Source: a plasmid. From it: a stretch of DNA of 64,000 bases. This document shows, piece by piece, positions 1 through 9,304 of this stretch (its first letter is position 1; every line of letters begins with the position of its first letter). Both the position numbers and the translations under genes were made by a program. The DNA lies in sequence record NZ_CP083859.1. One strand, given 5' to 3'. The notes under the pieces were generated by a model. That model saw nothing but the letters and a program-made list of their open reading frames with translations. It had not been told where the DNA came from and did not search any database.

Positions 1-219
1 TCGCTCACGCGTCCGGGGGCTATTGTCCTTGACCCGTTCGCCGGCAGCGGCTCCACCTGCGTGGCAGCCGCCGAAGCCAGCCGCCGCTATATCGGGATCG
101 AGATGCTTGAGCAGTACCACGCCGCCGGCGTTCGACGTCTGGCACAGGTTGAACGGGCAAGAAGGATGCCGGCGGCCAATGACGGCGCGTTTTACCCCGA
201 CTATCCGGAGGCGGCATGA
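1..219 (+). CDS. 3' end of a site-specific DNA methyltransferase, N-terminally truncated by the window edge
   Basis: Frame-1 translation is ...AIVLDPFAGSGSTCVAAAEASRRYIGIEM...PEAA*, a C-terminal AdoMet-MTase fold (DPFxGSGTT-like) typical of ParB-methylases in plasmid leading regions. Stop TGA at 217-219. Confidence 0.6.
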   Translation, partial: SLTRPGAIVLDPFAGSGSTCVAAAEASRRYIGIEMLEQYHAAGVRRLAQVERARRMPAANDGAFYPDYPEAA

Positions 220-437
220 ACTACCCGGGCCTTGAACACCTGCGCGCGGACGTGGCCGCGCTCAGCAATGCCATGTGTGACGTGCGGATGCTGCTGAACC
301 GCCTCGAATCGCAGCACCGGCACGACGCGGCAACGCTTACCGAACGTATGGCTGCGCAGACTCTGCGCCGGATCAACACCCTGCTTCTTGAAGCCTACCG
401 CGAAGCCCTGGTGCTGGACGAAACCTTTCAGGACTGA
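216..437 (+). CDS. hypothetical 73-aa protein; start overlaps the methylase stop (ATGA)
   Basis: ORF with ATGA overlap coupling; no recognisable motif. Confidence 0.4.
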   Translation: MNYPGLEHLRADVAALSNAMCDVRMLLNRLESQHRHDAATLTERMAAQTLRRINTLLLEAYREALVLDETFQD

Positions 438-492
438 CTGACCCTGCCGGGCTGATGCCCGGCCTGTAACCCCTAACAAGAGAGAAAAAACG

Positions 493-915
493 ATGTACGG
501 AACCCGCGAAGAACTTTGTGTACAGCTTGAAAACATGTTCACGTTTGACGAACCCCTGGTCCTGCTGGTCTGGACGGAAGAGGGGATTAGCGTGGCCTGC
601 CGTGAAGCCCAGCCAGAACCGGACGGGACTGAAATCCGGAATCTGATGAAGGCGATCGGCGAAATGAAAATGACGCAATACCGTCAGGAGGGGGTAAATA
701 ATCTGACTGTCAGCGATCTCCTGGCCCGTCAGCGCGAAGCGGCAAACCGTCAGGTGAGTGTTCCGGCGGTACTCCTGTCCCGCGTCCTGCGTAACTATGA
801 ATGCGAGCTGGAAAACCGGATCGGTATGGCCTGGGAAGCCGGGCGGCAGGAGCCTGAATCCGTCAGGAATGAGCTGAAGGACGTTCACGCATTACAGGAG
901 ACGCTGGCCGCGTAA
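493..915 (+). CDS. hypothetical leading-region protein (140 aa)
   Basis: Clean ORF, AG-rich RBS region upstream (agagaaaaaacgATG), sits in the leading-region gene array. Confidence 0.55.
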   Translation: MYGTREELCVQLENMFTFDEPLVLLVWTEEGISVACREAQPEPDGTEIRNLMKAIGEMKMTQYRQEGVNNLTVSDLLARQREAANRQVSVPAVLLSRVLRNYECELENRIGMAWEAGRQEPESVRNELKDVHALQETLAA

Positions 916-1271
916 GGGAGAGAGCCGGGGTAACGCCCCGGCAACCGGTGGCCATCCACTGCGAAAAGGATGTCAGTGCCTTCCGCTTTTATCCGCCGCT
1001 GCCCTCCGGGCCACGTCGGGACAATGAAACTCCTCTGAAGCTCCGTGCGGTGACGGCATGCGCCGTGACTTCACTGTAGCCCGGCCGCATCGGCCACAAG
1101 GGTTCGCTTACGCCTCCGTCCTCACCCGTTCGCACCCTTCACGGTGCATTCAGCCCGTGAAGGCTTTGCGCTGCGGCTTGCGGCGTCGCCCCTGTGTCCT
1201 CCGCTTTTCGCCGGTCTGTCGTGTCGTCACGGCGATGCCGGAACCGAGAATATGTTAACCGTGGAGGATCT

Positions 1272-1700
1272 ATGAACCAGACCGTGACCTGTGATGCTGT
1301 TCGTCTTGAGGGTGCGCAGCGCCTGACTTTCCTGCCTGATTTGTTTGGCGGCGATTTTATGACGTCCGAGGCATCCGTGTACGCCTACGCCCAGCGTTAC
1401 TGCCCTGAGTATCAGGGGGGATTCTGGCAGTTTTACCGGCTGCCGGAAGGCGGCGGATATATGGCGCCTGACGTGGAGAGCCTGACCCTGTGCAATCCGG
1501 ACAACTGGTTTGAGCAGACTGTCAGCGGGGAAGTGGCGGGGATCATCCTCACGGCGCTGGTACTGAATCACCGGAGCTGGCACCACAGCAACCATGACCA
1601 TGAAGAACTGTGCCGCCACTTCTGCCGTCGCTATGAGCAGCTTATGGCATTTGCTGACACCCATCCGGAAAGCGCCACCATCTGGCGTGCCCTTGACTGA
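1272..1700 (+). CDS. klcA: KlcA/ArdB-family anti-restriction protein
   Basis: MNQTVTC...LTFLPDLFGGDFMTSEASVYAYAQRYCPEYQGGFWQFYRLPEGGGYMAPD aligns with the KlcA motif LNFLPRHFG...YRGGYWEFYELSNGGFYMAP. RBS GGAGGA 8 nt upstream. Confidence 0.8.
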   Translation: MNQTVTCDAVRLEGAQRLTFLPDLFGGDFMTSEASVYAYAQRYCPEYQGGFWQFYRLPEGGGYMAPDVESLTLCNPDNWFEQTVSGEVAGIILTALVLNHRSWHHSNHDHEELCRHFCRRYEQLMAFADTHPESATIWRALD

Positions 1701-1742
1701 CTGACCACGGGCGGCGATGCCGCCCGATAAAAGGAGAAAAAC

Positions 1743-2153
1743 ATGATTGGTACAGCAAGAGAAATTGCCCTTGAAATGTTCAGACATTCCGACCTCGATG
1801 GCGAGAAATACGTTTTCGCCTGCTGGAATCGAAATGACATTCGTTGCGTCTGCCTTGACTGGGATTTAACCGATGAGGAACTGGATGAAGTCCTGCGTCG
1901 GCTAAGCTCATGCCTTGAAAGTGGCGCTGATATCGGCCAGATACGGGCGATTGTCGAAACCATGCTCGATGAGCGACGCGAGAAGCGAACCGTGACTATT
2001 CCCGCGAAATCGCTGGCCTTAGTCATGCAGCTTGCAGGACGGGAGATGCAACGTATCGCAGTATGCGCGGAGGATGGCGGCGGATCAGCTGAAGAAACCC
2101 TGAAAGAAGAAAACGACGTCATGATGCGCCTGCGCGAGGCGCTCGATGCCTGA
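1743..2153 (+). CDS. hypothetical leading-region protein (136 aa)
   Basis: ORF with RBS aaaggagaaaaacATG; acidic protein, no known motif. Confidence 0.55.
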   Translation: MIGTAREIALEMFRHSDLDGEKYVFACWNRNDIRCVCLDWDLTDEELDEVLRRLSSCLESGADIGQIRAIVETMLDERREKRTVTIPAKSLALVMQLAGREMQRIAVCAEDGGGSAEETLKEENDVMMRLREALDA

Positions 2154-2324
2154 CAGAAAAGCCGGAGGCATTGCCTCCGGAAGTCATGATGCAGGTACTC
2201 GACGGCTATCCGTCCTTTGCAGCACTGGCTGCACACCCGAAACGTATTACCGGTTAACCGGGTGCCGTGACCGGATCGCACTCCGGCCACGGCGGACCAT
2301 CACTTAAACACAGGAGTAAAAATC

Positions 2325-4337
2325 ATGGCCGCCACCAATACTACGGCAAAAAAAACTGCGAAATCCACCTCTGCGAAAAAGACAGCGGAGAAAATCGCGC
2401 AGACTACCGAGCAGAAGCTCGTCCGGCTGCTCGCTGATACGCCCGTGCAAATCTTCCCGTACTCCCGCCTGTCACACACTGACTTAAACACGCGCATCAT
2501 TCCGCATACCGATCAGGAAGTGGAAGAGATGGCAGACAGCATTCAGGCAATGGGCATCCTCCAGAACCTGATCGGTGCAGAACTGCCGGACGGTACGATC
2601 GGCATTGTCGGCGGGGAAGGTCGCCGCAGAGGCACAGGCATTCTGGTGATGCGCGGTGTGCTCGATGCAGACACGCCGTTTGTTCCGGTGAAAGTCCTGC
2701 CCGTTGAGATGGCTGTGGCGGCCTCGATGATCGAGAACGGTCGACGTAAAAACATGCATCCCGCCGAGCAGATTATCGGTTTTCGTACCCTTCAGCAGGA
2801 AGGTAAAACGTCCTCTCAGATCGGCGCACTGATGGGCTATCACCCGCGCCACGTTCAGCGCTGCCTGAAGCTGGCGAATCTTGCCCCCTCCCTGCTGGAT
2901 GCGCTGGCGCGGGATGAAATCTCCCTTGAACAGTGTGAAGTCCTGACACTTGCTGATACTCATGAGCGTCAGGAGCAGGTCTGGAAAGAGGCTGTTGAAC
3001 AGTGGCGCGATCCTGCCGTACAGACTCTGCGCAAAATGGTGACCGACGACAAGATGGCCATCAGTCACCCTATGTTTGAGTATGTGGGTGAGGAAGCCTA
3101 TACCGCCGCTGGCGGTACGCTGACCGCCGACCTGTTCAGCGACAGGGACAGCACCTTTGCCGATGCGGCGCTGGTGAAATCTCTGCTGGCTGGCAAGCTC
3201 ACCGTGCTCGCCGCTCGCGTTAAGCAGGAGCAGGGCTGGGGCTGGGCTGAGTTCCGTATGACGGAACTGCGTGCCAGCGGTGAGGACGGTGAACAGTACC
3301 GTTTTGCGATGCCGAAAGCTGTCCTGACGGAAGAAGAACAGAAGCGCGTCAGTGAGCTGGAAGAACAAAGGGATGCCACTGAAAGCTACGATTACGAATA
3401 CGAGCTTCAGCAGGATATCGATGACATTTACTGCGAGGCGCAGTACCGCGAAGCCACGCCGGAATTTCGCGCCGCGCACGGAATCTGGGTGTCATGGGAC
3501 GGTAGCAATTTTCAGGTTCAGCCTGGTATCCGCAAGCTGACCGACGAAGACCGGGTAGCTGAAGAACAGGCGCGTCAGGAACGTGAAAGCAATGTGATCA
3601 GACACACCACGCCTGAAATTCCCGCCGACGCCTATCCGGCAACGCTGGTAAAAGCTATGTCAGCCGAACGGACTCTCGCCGTTCAGGCCGAACTGGCGGG
3701 TCGTCCCGACGTATCGGTGGCGCTGCTGACGTGGACACTGTGCCTCAGTATGTTTGACCGCAGCTACGGTAAACGCAGCGAACCGCTGAAAGCCTCCGTG
3801 TCCTCGAATCAGTATCACCTTGCATCACTGGCTCCATCCGGTGAAGAAGGGAAGGCGCTGACGGCGCTCAAAGCGCAGAAAGAGGCGCTTCAGGCAACGC
3901 TGCCCGAAAACTGGCATCTCGATTTCACGTGGCTGCTTTCATGGTCAGCGGAGCAGGTGAACACCCTGCTGGGATTCTGTGCCGCGCACGGTATCAACGG
4001 TATTCAGGAACGTATGTACAACCATACGCAGAAAAGCGAACTGGACGGGCTGGAAGCGGCGCTGGACTTTGACCTGCGCAAATGGTGGCAGCCGGATGCT
4101 GAGAGCTACTTCGGCAAGCTCACCATCGCCCAGATTGGCAAAGCCTACGAAGAAGCCGGACTCAGTGCCCGCGCCGGAGAGATTGTGAAGCTCAAGCGCC
4201 GCGATGCGGCGAAGGCCGCCGAGCAGGATCTGAATGCTCAGGGCTGGCTGCCTGACTGGATGGTGCGCACATCACCAACCGCTGAGGCTGAAGAAGCCAC
4301 CGAAACCGACGCTCACACCACTGACCACGCTGCTTAA
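2325..4337 (+). CDS. ParB/Srx-like nuclease-domain protein (670 aa), large leading-region ParB homologue
   Basis: N-terminal ParB-like domain (…GRRRGTGILVMRGV…IENGRRKNMHPAEQIIGFRTLQQEGKTSSQIGALMGYHPRHVQRCLKLANL), long acidic C-terminus; RBS caggagtaaaaatcATG. Confidence 0.75.
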   Translation: MAATNTTAKKTAKSTSAKKTAEKIAQTTEQKLVRLLADTPVQIFPYSRLSHTDLNTRIIPHTDQEVEEMADSIQAMGILQNLIGAELPDGTIGIVGGEGRRRGTGILVMRGVLDADTPFVPVKVLPVEMAVAASMIENGRRKNMHPAEQIIGFRTLQQEGKTSSQIGALMGYHPRHVQRCLKLANLAPSLLDALARDEISLEQCEVLTLADTHERQEQVWKEAVEQWRDPAVQTLRKMVTDDKMAISHPMFEYVGEEAYTAAGGTLTADLFSDRDSTFADAALVKSLLAGKLTVLAARVKQEQGWGWAEFRMTELRASGEDGEQYRFAMPKAVLTEEEQKRVSELEEQRDATESYDYEYELQQDIDDIYCEAQYREATPEFRAAHGIWVSWDGSNFQVQPGIRKLTDEDRVAEEQARQERESNVIRHTTPEIPADAYPATLVKAMSAERTLAVQAELAGRPDVSVALLTWTLCLSMFDRSYGKRSEPLKASVSSNQYHLASLAPSGEEGKALTALKAQKEALQATLPENWHLDFTWLLSWSAEQVNTLLGFCAAHGINGIQERMYNHTQKSELDGLEAALDFDLRKWWQPDAESYFGKLTIAQIGKAYEEAGLSARAGEIVKLKRRDAAKAAEQDLNAQGWLPDWMVRTSPTAEAEEATETDAHTTDHAA

Positions 4338-4374
4338 TACCGGAGGCCGCCGCCTTCGGGCGGCGGGAACAGAC

Positions 4375-4809
4375 ATGACTATGCAATATGACCTGAACCA
4401 AATCAACAAACTGACCGCCTCCGACCTGGAGTTTATCCGTCAGCAGGGCGAGGACGCGCGCCGCGCCCTCAGCGATACCGTGACCGGCCTCCTGTCGACA
4501 CCAGAAGGATGGCGCGTCTGCGCCGAATACCGCAGCGAGTTCGGCGGCTTCTTCCCCGTCCAGTGCCGCTTCAGCGCGGACGGCAGCGATGACTGGCATC
4601 TGTGCGTGTGCAGCCCCGGCGAAGTCTCGCCTTACTGGCTTCTGGTACTGCTCTCCTCCGGCGGGGAAGTGGTGCGTACCCTTTACCAGAGTGACACGCT
4701 ACAGCCTGACCGGATAAGCCAGCTGATCGCGCAGCTGGCAGGTATGCGCCGCTTTAACTGCACTGCCCGCACCGTGGCGAACCTGATGAGCGGGGATGTG
4801 ACAGCATGA
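4375..4809 (+). CDS. psiB: plasmid SOS-inhibition protein PsiB
   Basis: EYRSEFGGFFPVQCRF...LCVCSPGEVSPYWLLVLL matches F PsiB EYGSEFGGFFPVQVRF...LALCSPGDVSQVWVLVLV. Confidence 0.85.
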   Translation: MTMQYDLNQINKLTASDLEFIRQQGEDARRALSDTVTGLLSTPEGWRVCAEYRSEFGGFFPVQCRFSADGSDDWHLCVCSPGEVSPYWLLVLLSSGGEVVRTLYQSDTLQPDRISQLIAQLAGMRRFNCTARTVANLMSGDVTA

Positions 4810-5534
4810 TCCCATCCTCACACGCGCTCGTTTCCCTGAAGCCCGCCCGTCAGGCTGCAATACAGGCTATCAGCCATGTTGAGTCTGCCCGCGAACGCGG
4901 CGCACGACTGCCCGCCATGCCGTATGTGCGTACCTTTCTGCGTCTTCTCACGGGCAGCGGACGCCTCAACGCCACGGTGGCCAGTAAAATACCTGGCCTG
5001 CACTGGGTGCCAAATAACCGTCATTCGAACCTGAAACAGGTCGAGGAGGCGCTTAACACGATGATCGCCACCAGTGGCGAAGCCTGCCCGCTGCCGCTCA
5101 CGATTGACGTACAGGCCGAACTGTTTCCTGAGGTCATGCACACCCGCACGGGTCGACGGCTGCACCGGTCCGGCATTAAGACCACGCGCCAGCTGCGCCG
5201 CCAGTCCCGTGAGTACGAACAGCACTGGAAACTGCGCCAGAACCTGCTGGAGCAGGCGAAAATTGACCTGAATTTTCAGTCTCCGGAAACCGTCTGCACC
5301 TGGTACACCCGGTGGAGCGACGAGTTTGACGCGGCAGAGCTTGCCGGACCGTTCTGGCGCTGGCAGTCGCGGTTCGCGTCGCTGAAGGAACTTGACTGGC
5401 TTCGCATCAGCGGTGAGCCGCTGTATACAGTGATGTATGAAATCCCGTTTATTGTCCGAGAAACACCTGAGCATGTTCGTGTCGCTGAACGCTGGCAGGT
5501 GCCAAATAAGCTGGCTGACCGGAGCGGTGTATGA
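4806..5534 (+). CDS. psiA: plasmid SOS-inhibition protein PsiA
   Basis: Overlaps the psiB stop (ATGA). 242 aa, with F PsiA-like motifs (…LPLTIDVQAELFPE…RRQSREYEQHWKLRQ…WQVPNKL). Confidence 0.8.
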   Translation: MIPSSHALVSLKPARQAAIQAISHVESARERGARLPAMPYVRTFLRLLTGSGRLNATVASKIPGLHWVPNNRHSNLKQVEEALNTMIATSGEACPLPLTIDVQAELFPEVMHTRTGRRLHRSGIKTTRQLRRQSREYEQHWKLRQNLLEQAKIDLNFQSPETVCTWYTRWSDEFDAAELAGPFWRWQSRFASLKELDWLRISGEPLYTVMYEIPFIVRETPEHVRVAERWQVPNKLADRSGV

Positions 5535-5857
5535 AGTGGCGCTATTCCCTGCGCTGGAAATTGCCGCACAAGCCCTGCCCAGGTCTACTGGAGCTGGTTT
5601 CAGTTGTCGTGGAGGCAGGGCAGGCGGCACCTGAGGAGGTGATGGCACGCTGGGTTGCTGGCTCAGGTTACGCTGTTTGCGTGGATTTTCTCGGTCAGAA
5701 ACAGATCCAGCGCTGGAGCGATGAACGGAAAGCCGCAGTGAGAAGGCGCAATATGCAGGCACGGATTAATCGTGTTGCCCCTTTGTTTGCCGATGAGTTA
5801 ATCGAGCGTGAGCTGGCTGCAAGTCAGGCATATTTCAATGGCAAGTCCGCCCGATGA
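5531..5857 (+). CDS. hypothetical 108-aa protein downstream of psiA
   Basis: ATGA-coupled to psiA; no motif recognised. Confidence 0.45.
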   Translation: MKWRYSLRWKLPHKPCPGLLELVSVVVEAGQAAPEEVMARWVAGSGYAVCVDFLGQKQIQRWSDERKAAVRRRNMQARINRVAPLFADELIERELAASQAYFNGKSAR

Positions 5858-5912
5858 ATCAGATACAATGTTGTCTGACTGCTCAGACAAAACATATAAG
5901 GAAAGCAGAATT

Positions 5913-6287
5913 ATGAGGTACTGGTTGCTCGTTATCTTCCTGAACGTGCTGTTCTATTTAATCGTTAAGCATGCTGCGCCAGAATGGCATGGTACGCCTG
6001 GTTATTATGCAGGCCAGATCATCTGCACACTAATAGCTCTGGTCATCACATGGCGTGATCCGCCTGGCTGGTTAAATGAAATCCTGCTCGGCGTAATGAA
6101 ATACGGAGTTCTGAGTGCCGGGATCATCTTCTTTGTCTGGGGCGTCGGGTACAAGCTGGCATTCTGGGGGCAGGGTAATTCTGATGCCGAATTTGTAAGT
6201 GCATTTGACGTCATTTTGCCCAATCTTGCGCTGGTCACGGGCGTAGTGATCGCGGGATGGGGATACCTGAGATATTTCAGGCGTTAA
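5913..6287 (+). CDS. small membrane protein (124 aa, about four TM segments)
   Basis: MRYWLLVIFLNVLFYLIV...; hydrophobic, RBS aaggaaagcagaattATG. Confidence 0.5.
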   Translation: MRYWLLVIFLNVLFYLIVKHAAPEWHGTPGYYAGQIICTLIALVITWRDPPGWLNEILLGVMKYGVLSAGIIFFVWGVGYKLAFWGQGNSDAEFVSAFDVILPNLALVTGVVIAGWGYLRYFRR

Positions 6288-6329
6288 GCAGCATAAAGCG
6301 TGGATATACCTGGTAAGAAAGAGCACCTG

Positions 6330-6443
6330 CCCGGTATAATCGACGTGGCGCTTGAGGCTTTTTGCCTCATGACGTGAAGGTGGTTTGTTGCCGTGTTGTG
6401 TGGCAGAAAGCAGAAAGCCCCGTAGTTAATTTTCATTAACCCA
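6330..6443 (+). promoter_or_regulatory. hok (flmA) promoter and 5' leader of the hok mRNA (tac/ucb region), now separated from mok/hok by IS150
   Basis: TATAAT at 6335-6340, then GGCGCTTGAGGCTTTTTGCCTCATGACGTGAAGGTGGTTTGTTGCCGTGTTGTGTGGCAGAAAG...GTAGTTAATTTTCATTAACC, near-identical to the R1/F hok mRNA 5' end. Confidence 0.65.
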
Positions 6444-6490
6444 TGTACTGCACCCATTTTGTTGGACGATGAAATGGAATAGTCCCTGAT

Positions 6491-7012
6491 ATGTCAAAGC
6501 CAAAATACCCCTTCGAAAAGCGCCTTGAAGTCGTGAATCACTACTTCACAACTGATGATGGTTACAGGATCATCTCTGCACGTTTTGGTGTGCCTCGAAC
6601 CCAGGTCAGGACGTGGGTTGCCCTCTATGAAAAACATGGAGAAAAAGGTTTAATTCCCAAACCTAAAGGCGTTAGTGCTGATCCAGAGTTGCGCATTAAG
6701 GTCGTGAAAGCCGTGACCGAGCAGCAGATGTCCCTCAATCAGGCTGCTGCTCACTTTATGCTTGCTGGTAGTGGTTCTGTAGCCAAGTGGCTGAAAGTCT
6801 ATGAGGAGCACGGAGAAGCTGGTTTACGCGCACTCAAGATCGGCACCAAAAGAAACATTACAATGTCAGTTGATCCAGAAAAAGCGGCGTTAGCATTGGA
6901 GCTGTCGAAAGACCGACGTATTGAGGATCTTGAAAGACAAGTTCGATTCCTTGAAATGCGGCTTACGTATCTAAAAAAGCTGAAAGCCTTAGCTCATCCC
7001 GCGAAAAAGTGA
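6491..7012 (+). CDS. insJ: IS150 OrfA (173 aa, HTH)
   Basis: MSKPKYPFEKRLEVVNHYFTTDDGYRIISARFGVPRTQVRTWV... is the IS150 OrfA sequence. Confidence 0.85.
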   Translation: MSKPKYPFEKRLEVVNHYFTTDDGYRIISARFGVPRTQVRTWVALYEKHGEKGLIPKPKGVSADPELRIKVVKAVTEQQMSLNQAAAHFMLAGSGSVAKWLKVYEEHGEAGLRALKIGTKRNITMSVDPEKAALALELSKDRRIEDLERQVRFLEMRLTYLKKLKALAHPAKK

Positions 7013-7860
7013 AAGTACTCAACGAGCTAAGGCAGTTTTACCCTCTTGATGAGCTTCTCAAGGCAGCGGAGATACCGCGCAGTACGTTTTATTACCATCT
7101 AAAGGCTCTCAGCAAGCCTGATAAGTATGCGGATGTTAAAAAGCGTATTGGTGAGATTTATCACGAGAATAAAGGTCGTTACGGATACCGTAGGGTAACG
7201 TTGTCTCTCCATCGAGACGGGGAACGGATTAACCATAAAGCCGTTCAGCGCCTGATGGGAACCCTCTCGCTTAAGGCAGCGATTAAGGTCAAACGATACA
7301 GCTCCTACAGAGGAGAGGTAGGGCAAACCGCCCCCAATGTTCTCCAAAGGGATTTCAAGGCTACACGGCCAAACGAGAAGTGGGTTACCGACGTTACTGA
7401 ATTTGCAGTCAATGGGCGAAAGCTGTATTTGTCTCCAGTAATAGATCTCTTCAACAACGAAGTTATTTCTTACAGCCTGTCGGAAAGACCTGTGATGAAC
7501 ATGGTCGAGAATATGCTCGATCAGGCATTCAAAAAGCTTAAGCCTCACGAGCATCCTATTCTGCACTCTGACCAGGGATGGCAGTATCGTATGAGAAGGT
7601 ATCAAAACATCCTTAAAGAACAAGGCATTACACAGAGCATGTCCAGAAAAGGCAATTGTCTGGATAATGCAGTCGTGGAATGTTTCTTTGGAACCTTAAA
7701 GTCGGAGTGTTTTTATCTTGACGAGTTCAGTAATATAAGCGAACTGAAGGATGCTGTTACGGAATATATTGACTACTACAACAGCAGAAGAATTAGCCTG
7801 AAATTAAAAGGTCTGAGTCCAATTGAATATCGAACCCAGACCTATGTGCCTCGTGTTTAA
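7009..7860 (+). CDS. insK: IS150 OrfB (DDE transposase, made as an OrfAB fusion by a -1 frameshift)
   Basis: IS3-family DDE core (…WVTDVTEF…HSDQGWQY…[16 protein letters not shown]…). Overlaps orfA by 4 nt. Confidence 0.85.
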   Translation: MKVLNELRQFYPLDELLKAAEIPRSTFYYHLKALSKPDKYADVKKRIGEIYHENKGRYGYRRVTLSLHRDGERINHKAVQRLMGTLSLKAAIKVKRYSSYRGEVGQTAPNVLQRDFKATRPNEKWVTDVTEFAVNGRKLYLSPVIDLFNNEVISYSLSERPVMNMVENMLDQAFKKLKPHEHPILHSDQGWQYRMRRYQNILKEQGITQSMSRKGNCLDNAVVECFFGTLKSECFYLDEFSNISELKDAVTEYIDYYNSRRISLKLKGLSPIEYRTQTYVPRV

Positions 7861-7884
7861 CTGTCCAACTTTTTGGGGTCAGTA

Positions 7885-7960
7885 CACCACGAGGCCACCT
7901 GTATGCCTAGACAACATCAGGATAGCCTCTTAGATGCCGCAAGGCAAGGAGAAGAAGGCC
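7885..7960 (-). ncRNA. sok: putative Sok/FlmB antisense RNA gene (position inferred)
   Basis: Placed by homology of the hok locus: the antisense RNA covers the mok SD/start region on the opposite strand. Its upstream part abuts the IS150 right end. Exact ends not determinable by eye. Confidence 0.3.
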
Positions 7961-8119
7961 ATGAAACTGCCACGAAATACCCTGCTCTGGTGCGTATTAA
8001 TAGTGTGTCTCACACTGCTGATATTCACTTACCTGACACGGAAATCGCTCTGCGAAATCCGATACAGGGACACGAACAGGGAGGTGGCAGCTTTTATGGC
8101 TTACGAATCCGCTAAGTAG
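7934..8119 (+). CDS. mok: Mok (modulator of killing) reading frame overlapping hok
   Basis: [15 protein letters not shown]...; same stop as hok. Confidence 0.6.
   Translation: MPQGKEKKAMKLPRNTLLWCVLIVCLTLLIFTYLTRKSLCEIRYRDTNREVAAFMAYESAK
7961..8119 (+). CDS. hok: Hok/Gef-family toxin (52 aa) of the flm/hok-sok addiction module
   Basis: [52 protein letters not shown] matches Hok/FlmA; the 3' fbi element follows (AAGCGCCTTTATGAAGGGG...GGTAGCCCCTTT). Confidence 0.85.
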   Translation: MKLPRNTLLWCVLIVCLTLLIFTYLTRKSLCEIRYRDTNREVAAFMAYESAK

Positions 8120-8235
8120 CTAACCCCGGCGGGGGGACCCCCCCCCGCCATTCAGGGGCTGAGACTGTGTGGACATGCCTGAAGCGCCTTTATGAAGGGG
8201 TTGCCGGTTCGCCGGTAGCCCCTTTTTCCATCCCG
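8100..8235 (+). promoter_or_regulatory. hok mRNA 3' fold-back-inhibition (fbi) element and terminal stem-loops
   Basis: GC hairpin CCCCGGCGGGGGGACCCCCCCCCGCC, then GAAGCGCCTTTATGAAGGGGTTGCCGGTTCGCCGGTAGCCCCTTTTTCC, homologous to the R1 hok mRNA 3' end. Confidence 0.55.
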
Positions 8236-8994
8236 AAGGGTGCAGTCGCATGCATGAACAACCCGGAAGGTCTGTTCCCCTGCGGGGAACGGGGGAAGGG
8301 GGACGCGCCTTCGGCGCTGCCCCTCTGCTCCCTCCGCCTTGCCCTCTCTCCTGCCTGATTTTGCTGAAGTCAGCGCGCCATTAGTTACCTGCCTGTATCT
8401 GGCTTCAGCCTGGTTTTCCCTGTGTTCTTCATCCCGGGCGTCATATCCGTCGTCCTGCTGGTTAACTTCCTCAGCTGCAGCTCCGTGGCCATAACCCGAA
8501 AACAGGGCAGGGCGATGGCCCCCTTCGGCTCCCGGCCAGCGCTGCTGTCCGGTCGTCGAGCCCCACTCCGCCAGGGCGGCCGCTGCGCACCCGCCAGGCT
8601 CCGCCGAACCCCTCCGGGTTTCGGGCCATACGGCTAGGGTCTGATGGCGAAGGTCAAGGGCTGCGGCTTCTCCGGCCGTGCCGTCCGGAACGCCTTCACC
8701 GCGCCGGCTGATGCCGTCGCTTTAATGGCGCCACGCCGTTCCGACGTGTCGGGTGTGTGCATCCTGTTCCCCCGGTGAAGCCATCCCCCGTGTGTCCTCA
8801 CGCGGAGGGCTGCTTGTAGCACCGTCGGGTCGTCATCCAAGGGGTGAAATGCACTCCGCCAAAACTTTTTTTCGTGCCGCAAAAACTTTAGTCTCCGCCC
8901 CTTTCCTTCCGCCCTTCGCCGTTGCTCCTTTGCCCTTTGCCGCGAGAGAACTCACCAGGGAGATGGACTGCCATCACCACAGGAGAAAACCAGG

Positions 8995-9288
8995 ATGCAC
9001 ACACGAAACGTCAACGTCAAAACCGCCGCTCAAGAATCTACCGGAAGATGTGATTCAAACCTCACCACGTCCCAGTTTACGGATCTGTTTTGCTGGGTCC
9101 TGGCCGCATCGGAAGGGGAGCCACAACCGGTAATTTTTACGCCGCCAGAGAATGCCACTGAGCTGACGTTAATAAATGACGAATGCCCGGATTATATCTC
9201 TGTCTGGGTTGTAGATGGTCGCCCGGTGGCAGCTGCAATCCCGCTGGATAATTTTCACCGCGTTATTTCTTCATCTCTTACTAAATAA
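8995..9288 (+). CDS. hypothetical 97-aa protein
   Basis: ORF with RBS caggagaaaaccaggATG, directly upstream of the DUF932 gene. Confidence 0.4.
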   Translation: MHTRNVNVKTAAQESTGRCDSNLTTSQFTDLFCWVLAASEGEPQPVIFTPPENATELTLINDECPDYISVWVVDGRPVAAAIPLDNFHRVISSSLTK

Positions 9289-9304
9289 TCAGGAGTAAAT
9301 AAAA

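Larger units (their letters stand above)
6444..7886 (+). mobile_element. IS150 (IS3 family), complete 1443-bp copy with 3-bp TSD CCA (6441-6443 and 7887-7889)
   Basis: IRL TGTACTGCACCCATTTTGTTGGACGATGAAATGG at 6444; IRR ...CTGTCCAACTTTTTGGGGTCAGTACA ending at 7886; orfA and orfB inside; identical CCA on both flanks. Confidence 0.85.

Noticed and set aside
2484-3479. 331-aa ORF on the minus strand inside the ParB-like gene
   Set aside because: It lies entirely antisense within a strongly supported + strand gene. It has no RBS and its composition is a mirror-frame artefact.
4818-5762. 314-aa minus-strand ORF spanning psiA and the downstream gene
   Set aside because: It is antisense to PsiA, which has clear homology. 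Long antisense ORFs are expected in GC-balanced coding DNA.
8167-8882. Short ORFs (63-126 aa) on both strands after hok
   Set aside because: They overlap each other, lack RBS and starts, and part of the region is the hok mRNA 3' UTR. They are treated as non-coding; see the finding on 8236-8994.
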